From a bacterium (lineage in GTDB: Bacteria > UBA9089 > CG2-30-40-21 > SBAY01): DNA of 35,259 nt. The stretch's first letter is position 1. Each line of letters opens with the position of its first letter. Location of the stretch: NCBI GenBank assembly GCA_040757115.1, contig JBFLYA010000013.1:1-35259 (forward strand), in the 5' to 3' direction. This document shows, piece by piece, positions 1-7,357 of the stretch. The position numbers and the translations under genes are program-made. The notes under the pieces are model-generated. The model worked only from the letters and a program-made list of their open reading frames with translations. It was not told where the DNA came from and searched no databases.

Positions 1-353
1 TTTGATGAGGGGAAGTTCCTTGGTATGGATAAACTTCCTGGAATTAAACTTAATGAAGTGGCTATGCATTTGGCCACAAAACTGGTAGCCTATGATGCTA
101 TGAGTGCCTTCAGGGCGAATGTGGGGGAGAATATCTTGGTCATAATCTGGCTACTATCTATGAGAAATTCTTCAATGTTCAGTCCTTAGTGAAGCTTCGA
201 GGAGATCGTATTCGGGTAACTATCTATGGTCATCCAAGAGAAGATGAAATTGCCCCCATGTACCATAAATTAGAAGAGAAACTTAAAAGTAAAGGAGTTA
301 ACCCCAAAGTCTCCTGGCTGAACAACCACTCCTTAGACTTTCAGTTCAAGTGA
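1..353 (+). pseudogene. 3' part of a probable DDE-type transposase, frameshifted and truncated by the window edge
   Basis: Frame +1 reads FDEGKFLGMDKLPGIKLNEVAMHLATKLVAYDAMSAFRANVG. After the G5 run at 123-127, frame +3 continues GEYLGHNLATIYEKFF...KGVNPKVSWLNNHSLDFQFK* (TGA 351-353). One extra G would join the two frames. The tail resembles 'P.IPWL....LDF.FK' transposase C-termini (recognition from memory). Confidence 0.55.
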
Positions 354-440
354 CCAGGGAAAAAAGTGGGAATAACTATCGGTTCGAAATAGGTGGTAGT
401 CTATTTTCAGGAGAACCTAACATTTTGTATGTCTTTAAAT

Positions 441-503
441 AAAAAAGGGTTAAGGGGGTAAGAGAGAAAAAATTATTTTTTTCTCTTTCCCTTAACCCTT
501 TTT
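441..503. terminator. Long inverted repeat, probable bidirectional intrinsic terminator
   Basis: AAAAAGGGTTAAGGG...CCCTTAACCCTTTTT arms with A/T tails, lying between the convergent hup and transposase ends. Confidence 0.65.
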
Positions 504-520
504 CTTTTGTCATAGTGAGT

Positions 521-787
521 TTAAACAGCGCTCTTTAAAGCTTCACCAGCCTTGAAAACTGGTACTTTCTTTGCCGCAATCTTAAGTGGAGCACCAGTGC
601 GTGGATTTCTACCTTCTCTTGCAGAACGCTTTTTAACTGAGAAGCTCCCAAATCCAATCAACTGCACCTTATCTCCGTCTGCTAAAGCGTCTTTAATTCC
701 ATTTAAGACAGCCTCAACAGCCTCTGCGGCTTTTTTCTTGGTTAGACCTATTTCTGCTACCGCATTGACGAGATCTGCTTTCGTCAT
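521..787 (-). CDS. hup: DNA-binding protein HU
   Basis: MTKADLV...[21 protein letters not shown]...VPVFKAG is the HU/IHF signature. Strong SD GAAAGGAGGTG upstream. Confidence 0.97.
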   Translation of the reverse strand: MTKADLVNAVAEIGLTKKKAAEAVEAVLNGIKDALADGDKVQLIGFGSFSVKKRSAREGRNPRTGAPLKIAAKKVPVFKAGEALKSAV

Positions 788-835
788 TCCTTATTCACCT
801 CCTTTCAAACTTAAATATTGATTAAAAGATTAGAA

Positions 836-1024
836 GTAACTTATTCAGCCACAGATGAAACACTGAAAATTCGTAATCCGTGTCCGTTTTCCGTGTCCGT
901 AATTAGGCTGAAGGTTTTTCCTCCTTCTGCCCTCTGCTCTCTGCCTTCTGCCCTCTGCTCTCTGCCTTCTGCCCTCTGCTATTTATCCGTGCTAATCCGT
1001 GTTAATCAGTAGCTGAATAGTTAC
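836..1024. mobile_element. MITE type A (GTAAC...GTTAC ends) with internal 7-bp repeats
   Basis: Terminal inverted repeats GTAACTTATTCAGC / GCTGAATAGTTAC. The body is nearly identical to 6601-6646 plus 6893-7002. Contains a (C/T)TCTGC(C/T)-type heptamer array. No target-site duplication visible. Confidence 0.8.
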
Positions 1025-1037
1025 GATATTCACTTTT

Positions 1038-2036
1038 TCAATCCTCTGATTTTATCACTCTTAACATTAAATCCTCAACCGCCTGTCGTGGATTTTTCAT
1101 TTCAAAAAGCACCTTATAGACTTCATTGGTAATAGGAAGTTCACTCCCCACACTATTGGCTAATTCTTTAGCGGCTTTAGTTGTTGGCACTCCTTCAGCT
1201 ACCATCACCATTGACGATAAAGCCTCTTGAAGTGGGATTCCCTTACCTATCATTTCTCCCAGATGCCTATTTCTACTATGCCTACTTGTGCAGGTGCAAA
1301 CTAAATCTCCCAGACCACTTAACCCTAAAAATGTCGATTCTTTCGCCCCTAATATCTTTCCTATCCGAATAATTTCTACTAATCCTCTGGTAATAAGTGC
1401 AGATTTTGTATTATCTCCAAATCCCAGCCCATCACATATCCCGGCGGCGATGGCGATAATATTTTTTAATGCACCCCCTAATTCTACTCCGATTAAATCT
1501 GTATTAGTATATACCCTTAAACTGGATGTATTAAAGAGTTGTTGAATAAATTTTGCTATCTTTTCATCGGCGGCGGCGGCGACTATTGCCGTTGGGATTT
1601 TGCGACTTACTTCTTCTGCATGAGAAGGTCCTGAAATAACACCAATTTTTGCTGGAGATGGGAAAAATTCACTTATCACCTCTGAAATTCGTTTCATTGT
1701 TGAGATTTCTAAACCTTTTACTCCTGAAACTATCACGACATCAGACTCAATCATTGGTGGTAACTGTCTAACGACATCTCTTACTGCTTGTGACGGAACG
1801 GCTATAATTATTACCTCTGCCTCTTTTACTACCTCCTCTAAACAGCTTGTTATATAAATTTCTGCTGGAATAGAAATACCTGGTAAAAACCTTACATTCT
1901 CCCGCTTATTTCTTATTATCTCTACCTGCTCATTGGAAAACTCCCATATTTTAACGCAAAATCCCTTTTCATAAAGTTCGATAGCTAATGTTGTCCCCCA
2001 GGAACCACCGCCTAAAACTCCAATCTCTACATCCAT
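1038..2036 (-). CDS. gpsA: NAD(P)H-dependent glycerol-3-phosphate dehydrogenase
   Basis: GVLGGGSWGT Rossmann motif, SGPSHAEEV, GGALKNIIAIAAG, GLGDL..TC.S..SRN and AEGV motifs. Adjacent to plsY. Start placed at the ATG at 2036 (MDVEIG) rather than the TTG at 2096. Confidence 0.97.
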   Translation of the reverse strand: MDVEIGVLGGGSWGTTLAIELYEKGFCVKIWEFSNEQVEIIRNKRENVRFLPGISIPAEIYITSCLEEVVKEAEVIIIAVPSQAVRDVVRQLPPMIESDVVIVSGVKGLEISTMKRISEVISEFFPSPAKIGVISGPSHAEEVSRKIPTAIVAAAADEKIAKFIQQLFNTSSLRVYTNTDLIGVELGGALKNIIAIAAGICDGLGFGDNTKSALITRGLVEIIRIGKILGAKESTFLGLSGLGDLVCTCTSRHSRNRHLGEMIGKGIPLQEALSSMVMVAEGVPTTKAAKELANSVGSELPITNEVYKVLFEMKNPRQAVEDLMLRVIKSED

Positions 2037-2043
2037 TTTAACA

Positions 2044-2072
2044 ATCATATCATATTCTTTAAAAAAATGCAA
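2044..2072 (-). promoter_or_regulatory. Putative sigma70 promoter for gpsA
   Basis: Minus strand TTGCAT-17 bp-TATGAT, with 7 nt between the -10 box and the ATG at 2036. Confidence 0.55.
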
Positions 2073-2120
2073 GTATTTTTTTAATAAAATTAACAAATTT
2101 TTGCGATAAACATTAGGAGT

Positions 2121-2714
2121 TTAAGATTTTTTAATATCAAATTTATGTTCCTGACCAGTTATAAGTCTTTTAATATTAGGGATATGCCTTATCACAATGA
2201 GCCAGGAAATTACCAGAGCAAAAATTATTATTTCTGGCTCCTCTTTAAAAAATAAAAGCAACACCGGGATAAGTATCGCGGCTATAATTGAACCTATGGA
2301 AATATATCGTGATATAGCCACAACTAATAGAAATACTAACAAGGCAATCAGTACAGGGATAGGTGTCAGCCCCAGAAATACTCCTAATCCTGTGGCGACT
2401 CCTTTTCCCCCTTTAAATTTAAGGAATATTGTCCAGATATGTCCAATAATCGCCCCTAAACCAGCCATAATCTGGTATATCGTAGCGAATGCTAATAAAT
2501 TAACAAGATAAATAGGTAGAAACCCTTTCAGAATATCAATGATTAAAACACTGATGCCTGCGGTTTTTCCCACTATTCTATAAACATTACTTGCACCAAC
2601 ATTTCCACTTCCAACAGTTCTTATATCTACCTTCCCAAAAATTCTGCCAATAATGTATGCGGTAGGGATTGCCCCGATTAAATAGCTGAAAATGATGACT
2701 AATATAATTTCCAC
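2121..2714 (-). CDS. plsY: Glycerol-3-phosphate acyltransferase PlsY
   Basis: YLIGAIP, DIRTVGSGNVGASN, GH...FLKFKGGKGVAT and RH..NI.RL..G.E motifs; hydrophobic membrane protein; GTG start. Confidence 0.97.
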   Translation of the reverse strand: MEIILVIIFSYLIGAIPTAYIIGRIFGKVDIRTVGSGNVGASNVYRIVGKTAGISVLIIDILKGFLPIYLVNLLAFATIYQIMAGLGAIIGHIWTIFLKFKGGKGVATGLGVFLGLTPIPVLIALLVFLLVVAISRYISIGSIIAAILIPVLLLFFKEEPEIIIFALVISWLIVIRHIPNIKRLITGQEHKFDIKKS

Positions 2715-2721
2715 ATAAATT

Positions 2722-3014
2722 CCCTTTCCCCTGAAAATAGCGAATTAGTGAATTAGAGATTAGCGAATTAGTATAGTATCCACAGACTCGTATCCTCTGG
2801 TTTAGAACACATATTCCCCCTTAATAAAGGGGGTTAGGGGGTTGTCCTTCTCCCATTTTCATTGCCCTTTCCCCTGAAAATAGCGAATTAGTGAATTAGA
2901 GATTAGCGAATTAGTATAGTATCCACAGACTCGTATCCTCTGGTTTAGAACACATATTCCCCCTTAATAAAGGGGGTTAGGGGGTTGTCCTTCTCCCATT
3001 TTTCATTGCCCTTT
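2722..3014. repeat. Tandem duplication of a 143/144-bp intergenic unit containing a REP-like hairpin
   Basis: Units start at 2722 and 2865 and differ only by one T. Each carries (TTAGCGAA)-like 8-mers and CCCCCTTAATAAAGGGGGTTAGGGGGTTGT. Confidence 0.92.
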
Positions 3015-3057
3015 GTGAGCCGCAGACTCATGACCGTTTCTCTGATAATGATAATCA

Positions 3058-3936
3058 CTAACCAATATTACCGATTGTCTCTTTCTTCCTTGCGGCTACG
3101 AGTAGCATCTCGCCTAAATTCAAGTTATTAATTGATTTCAATATCAATCTTCTACATAGTGCTCTTATTTGTCGTCCCCATCCTTGAGGAATTTTGTAAT
3201 CATAGTATCGTCTTAAATAGGTTTTTGTCTCTAAGTGTATTGGTTTCAAGTCACTTAATTCCAATAGCCGTTTAATCGTCGGTATTGAGAATAAAAATAG
3301 ATGTTCTGGGATAAAAAATATCTCTTGAAATTTCCTTTTCCAGATTTTATGATGAATACTTTTTGAATTAGGCGTAGTTAGAAGAATCATACCATCAGGC
3401 TTTAGTATTCTTTCCACTTCTTTTAAAAACAGGAGTGGGTTTTGAGTATGTTCTATTAATTCTATCATCACGATGACATCAAAATATGAGTCAGGAAATT
3501 TAATATCTTCAAGTTTTCCACTTGAGACTTTAACCTTTGTCTTTTCCTGAGCATAGGCGGATGCCCAGGGTGATAATTCTATGCCTTGAGCTTCCCAACC
3601 CGAGGCCTGAGCTAATTCCAGAAAATATCCTAACGCACACCCGACCTCAAGTAATTTCCCCTTCCCCGAACATAATAAATTGACTAATTCCATTATCGCT
3701 TTAAGTCTATAATTTATCACATCGTCTTTTCTGGCAATAAGGTCATGATAGCCTTGTGGATGTTGTGAATTAAAATACTCTTTTGGGTAAAATTCCTGAA
3801 TGGCATTTTCATCTGGCTGAGGGTCAAGATAAATAAACCCACAATTTAGACATTCTTTAAAATTACACCCATTCAGGGCTTTTACTACTTTATAATCTCC
3901 AGATTTACAGAGGAGACAATTTCTTTTTTCAAGCAT
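3058..3936 (-). CDS. Class I SAM-dependent methyltransferase with N-terminal CxxC...CxxC zinc ribbon
   Basis: CLLC...CLNC, LLEVGCALGYFL, FDVIVMIELIEH and LKPDG..LLTTPN motifs. Likely start is MLEKRNC at 3936, overlapping the upstream stop. Confidence 0.88.
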   Translation of the reverse strand: MLEKRNCLLCKSGDYKVVKALNGCNFKECLNCGFIYLDPQPDENAIQEFYPKEYFNSQHPQGYHDLIARKDDVINYRLKAIMELVNLLCSGKGKLLEVGCALGYFLELAQASGWEAQGIELSPWASAYAQEKTKVKVSSGKLEDIKFPDSYFDVIVMIELIEHTQNPLLFLKEVERILKPDGMILLTTPNSKSIHHKIWKRKFQEIFFIPEHLFLFSIPTIKRLLELSDLKPIHLETKTYLRRYYDYKIPQGWGRQIRALCRRLILKSINNLNLGEMLLVAARKKETIGNIG

Positions 3937-5704
3937 TGTTTTTTCTTTCAGATTGTATCTGGAATAACTTCTCACGAACTGAGGTTAATGAGATAACAGT
4001 TTCCTGACAATAAGTTGATATTTCCTCAAAGAAATTTTTACAGGCTGTGGCTTTTACTACAGGGTCTGTGCTTAAACTAAACCTTTCCATGCGAAATAAT
4101 AAGGATTCTAAATTCCAGCTACTAAGTCTCATAAACCCTCGATGATTTTCAATTATCCGATGATATAAAATTCCAAGTTCTTTGAACATCTTCATTGCTT
4201 TTTTATCAATGTGATTATCTGCTATTGTTTCAAGTAGTCTATTGGCTAACGCCGTGCCTTCTTTACCAATAAATTGAACCTTTTTCCAATCCTTTATTAT
4301 TCCTTCTATTTCTTTTAAAAGGTTATTCATATCCGGCAAAACATAAGAGTTATAAGCCTGTTGCAGGATTTGGTCAATATTGATTGATTTTTGACAATAT
4401 TTCTCAATGGTTTCTTTTAAGGTAAGGATTTTCGTTCCTGGTATTTTTGCTCCCCCTTCAGTGGCATCAATACAGAGTGTCTGGGGCATTTCACTTATCT
4501 GATGTTCAAACCACTTAATCCATGTCCACATACCTTGAACTGTCTTCACTTTACCGCCATAAACATCTTCCACCCACATAAACTCGACTGTTGGCCATAT
4601 TTTTTCTGCTTCTTCAAATCGTTCTTTTTTCACGCCAGAAGTATATACTTTATCATCCGGGAATCCTAAGTCCTGACCAATAAAAATAATTGGGTTAGCC
4701 GCACCTCTTCGCGCCAGGTCAAAAGCCGCGGTTGACACAGAGCCACCCAGTTTAATTGTTCCTTTAACCCCGATGAATGTTTCAATCCAATCCAATAACG
4801 GGTGTCCAAAACTACTTACAAATATCTTTGAAATAGCAGCTAAAAAGGTTTCAGGATAAACAGCAGGCCCGGCAATTAAATATATATCGGATATATCTAA
4901 ATCTTTTAAATAATAATTATAATTTTTTGCCGTAGCATCAATCGTAATTACCAGATCTGGTTTAATATTATGATTAAATAAGGTTCTTAATGCAGTATCT
5001 ACACATATAATTACCGCTTTATCTTTAGCCTCTTTTAAATGCATGACATTTTTATCAAGTGAAGGTCCTGCGGCAACTATAATTACCGGCATATTTTGAA
5101 ATCTCCCATATAATGTTCTTAATCCAGGACATTTTATAATGATTGGAAGATTGATTAAAATCTGATTTTGCCAGAGTGTTGAATTTTCTGCAAGTGTGGC
5201 TAAATTTTGACGCCCGACAACAGTTGCTTCTTCGAGTAAAGTTTTTACTTCTTCATAATAAAGAGGATTTTTAGCAACCGATGGTTTATGTTCAGCAACG
5301 GTTATATCAGGAATGGTATTTATTTTATAGTAATTATCTATTCGAGAACGCACTGCATACGGCGCAAATTCTCCAATGGCAAGTTTAACATTTGGTCTTT
5401 TTAAGATAGGAGTCAGGTCTATTATTTTAAGTAATGCCTTGAATGTCGCTATATCAGGGTCAACCACCAATACAAGTGTTTTTTCCTGAGTCCGTTCTAC
5501 CAGTTCGCGGATATGAGTCCCCATCCCAAACCCTAACACCGCCAGGGTATTAATATGACTCAAATTAATCTTCGGGTCAATAATCGGTGTAGCCGATAAA
5601 GAGCTAACATCAATATTTTGAGCAGGAATTACTTCTTCTAATCGTTTTGCTAACAGCGGTTGCCTTTTTCTCAATAATCCCATATTTAAGTCGAAGTAAT
5701 CCAT
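3929..5704 (-). CDS. Maf / DUF115 (MptE-like) motility-associated factor, putative flagellin glycosyltransferase
   Basis: LGFGMG.H N-terminal motif, IVAAGPSLDKN, IKPDLVITID, GGSVS, PIIFIGQDLGF and IDATEGGAKIPG; next to fliO. Confidence 0.88.
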   Translation of the reverse strand: MDYFDLNMGLLRKRQPLLAKRLEEVIPAQNIDVSSLSATPIIDPKINLSHINTLAVLGFGMGTHIRELVERTQEKTLVLVVDPDIATFKALLKIIDLTPILKRPNVKLAIGEFAPYAVRSRIDNYYKINTIPDITVAEHKPSVAKNPLYYEEVKTLLEEATVVGRQNLATLAENSTLWQNQILINLPIIIKCPGLRTLYGRFQNMPVIIVAAGPSLDKNVMHLKEAKDKAVIICVDTALRTLFNHNIKPDLVITIDATAKNYNYYLKDLDISDIYLIAGPAVYPETFLAAISKIFVSSFGHPLLDWIETFIGVKGTIKLGGSVSTAAFDLARRGAANPIIFIGQDLGFPDDKVYTSGVKKERFEEAEKIWPTVEFMWVEDVYGGKVKTVQGMWTWIKWFEHQISEMPQTLCIDATEGGAKIPGTKILTLKETIEKYCQKSINIDQILQQAYNSYVLPDMNNLLKEIEGIIKDWKKVQFIGKEGTALANRLLETIADNHIDKKAMKMFKELGILYHRIIENHRGFMRLSSWNLESLLFRMERFSLSTDPVVKATACKNFFEEISTYCQETVISLTSVREKLFQIQSERKNNA

Positions 5705-5723
5705 CTTTTTTATTCTCTTCCTC

Positions 5724-5999
5724 GTAACTGTTCAGCCACTGATTAACACGGATTAGCACGGATAAAACGGAGAAGAAACGCCTATGAGTCTGCAACTCAC
5801 AAAGGATGATGAAAATAAAGGGGTTCGGGACTCGGGACTCGGGATTCTGGACTCGGGAATAAAAGAATTCCCTAATCCCAAAATCCGAGCCCCGAACCCC
5901 GATTTTCAGAGAAAAAAGAAAGATTCTGGACAAACATCTATCTTTTTAACTTTTTACTTTTCCAGTTTCATCCGTGTTCATCCGTGGCTGAAGAGTTAC
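5724..5999. mobile_element. MITE, type A-related, inverted orientation, different interior
   Basis: Ends GTAACTGTTCAGCCAC / GTGGCTGAAGAGTTAC. The left arm is the reverse complement of the type A right arm (GATTAACACGGATTAGCACGGATAAA). Internal GGGACTC heptamers. Abuts the fliO stop codon. Confidence 0.78.
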
Positions 6000-6586
6000 T
6001 ATAATTCTAAACTTTTCAGTTTTTCTCTTTGTTTATTCAAAAATTTAAGTTTTTCCTCGTAATCTGTTTGTTCTAACTGTGGTTTCATAAGCCTTTTTTT
6101 CAAATGTTGAATAAAGGATAGTTGTAGTTTATCTTCCGCTCTACTTACTTGTGTTTTAATAAGGTCTATGACTTCCTTATCCTCTATCTCCGTTAATAAA
6201 TTAATATTATGTTCACTGATGCCTAAAACTAATAATTTATTTCCGATTTCTACTATCTGAATATATTTATTAGGGGCTAAAAAGTGAGTGGCGATGGTTT
6301 GAATAAATTCTTGTTGTCGAGTAAGCCATCTTTGTCCTTTGAGGAAGAAACGAAGAACAAAATAAATAAGTGCCGCAATAATTACGAGTGAAACAACTGT
6401 CTTCCCCATCAGAACAAACAGATTGACATCGTATTTTTCTTTTTTGGGAGTTTCTTTAACCACATCTTTTGCAGAATCAATTATTTTCTCGCTTTCGTTG
6501 AATTCTGCTGGCTGTGACAATACCGTTGATTCAATAGTAGATAAAATTAAAATCAACCCAATGAATAAAAGTTTTTTCTTCACCAT
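5999..6586 (-). CDS. fliO: Flagellar biosynthesis protein FliO/FliZ
   Basis: N-terminal hydrophobic segment, a TM helix (LVIIAALIYFVLRF), then LAPNKYIQIVEIGNKLLVLGISEHNINLLTEI typical of FliO. SD AAGGTG. Confidence 0.88.
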   Translation of the reverse strand: MVKKKLLFIGLILILSTIESTVLSQPAEFNESEKIIDSAKDVVKETPKKEKYDVNLFVLMGKTVVSLVIIAALIYFVLRFFLKGQRWLTRQQEFIQTIATHFLAPNKYIQIVEIGNKLLVLGISEHNINLLTEIEDKEVIDLIKTQVSRAEDKLQLSFIQHLKKRLMKPQLEQTDYEEKLKFLNKQREKLKSLEL

Positions 6587-6600
6587 ATTAATTCACCTTG

Positions 6601-7002
6601 GTAACTATTCAGCCATAGATAGACACGGATGAAACACTGAAAATTCGTAACCGTTCAGGATATAGCCACAGAGTCACAGAGAACACAGAGGGAATATATA
6701 ACCACGAATGAACAAAATACAAAAAGATTTGTAGTGCGAGGCGTTAGCTTCGCTTCTGGCAAGCCAAAAGGCGAACTTAAAGGTTCGCACTACATTTATG
6801 GGATGTCAGAGGTTAATTCGTATCCATTTGTGGCTAATTTCCTTAATTCTCTGTGAACTCTGTGCCTCTGTGGCCGAACGCTTACAAAATTCGTGAATCG
6901 TGTCCGTTTTCCGTGTCCGTAATTAGGCTGAAGGTTTTTCCTCCTTCTGCCCTCTGCTATTTATCCGTGCTAATCCGTGTTAATCAGTGGCTGAATAGTT
7001 AC
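6601..7002. mobile_element. MITE type A interrupted by a nested type B element
   Basis: Ends GTAACTATTCAGCCA / TGGCTGAATAGTTAC (perfect 15-bp inverted repeat). Matches 836-1024 once 6647-6892 is removed. Confidence 0.85.
6647..6885. mobile_element. MITE type B (nested)
   Basis: Ends GTAACCGTTCAG / CCGAACGCTTAC, flanked by direct repeat AAAATTC (6640-6646 and 6886-6892). Reverse-complement homolog at 32578-32819. Confidence 0.85.
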
Positions 7003-7023
7003 TCACTAATTTATATATCTACA

Positions 7024-7052
7024 ATTATATAATTAAAATAAATTTTTGTCAA
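7024..7052 (-). promoter_or_regulatory. Consensus sigma70 promoter upstream of fliO
   Basis: Minus strand TTGACA (7052-7047), 17 bp, TATAAT (7029-7024): perfect consensus. Confidence 0.75.
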
Positions 7053-7099
7053 TTTTTTTCTTTCTTTAGGAAGGCAGACAATTTGAAAGCAATTTTTCT

Positions 7100-7328
7100 A
7101 CCTGTGCAGTTAACTTTAGACTTGTGTCCGAAAAGGAGATATATTTAGGAGTTTTTGGTGAAAGGGTTAGGGTTAGCCCCTGATTTAATCAGGGGTTGGT
7201 TTGGTTTAGGGATTATGAAGTTAGTCTTTTTGCACAACCATCCTGACCTAACTCCTGAGCCTGTCAGGAGCAGGCTTACATTTTTAAGGTAAGGGAAAAA
7301 TAATAATCTTAAACCTAACTGCATAGGT
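7100..7328. mobile_element. Third inverted-repeat-bounded non-coding element (MITE-like)
   Basis: ACCTGTGCAGTTA / TAACTGCATAGGT (12/13 inverted repeat). Internal hairpins CCCCTGATTTAATCAGGGG and CTCCTGAGCCTGTCAGGAG. Confidence 0.55.
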
Positions 7329-7357
7329 CGCAATTTTTCAAGTTGCAATCTTCTAAA

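Noticed and set aside
818-1012. 64-aa ORF with PSALCSL repeats; similar ORFs at 5610-5933, 5784-6062, 7145-7348, 32673-32927 and 34900-35208
   Set aside because: These are translations of MITEs or microrepeats with no protein-family features.
2037-2096. TTG start extending gpsA
   Set aside because: It overlaps a promoter-like sequence, and GpsA normally starts just before the GxGxWG motif.
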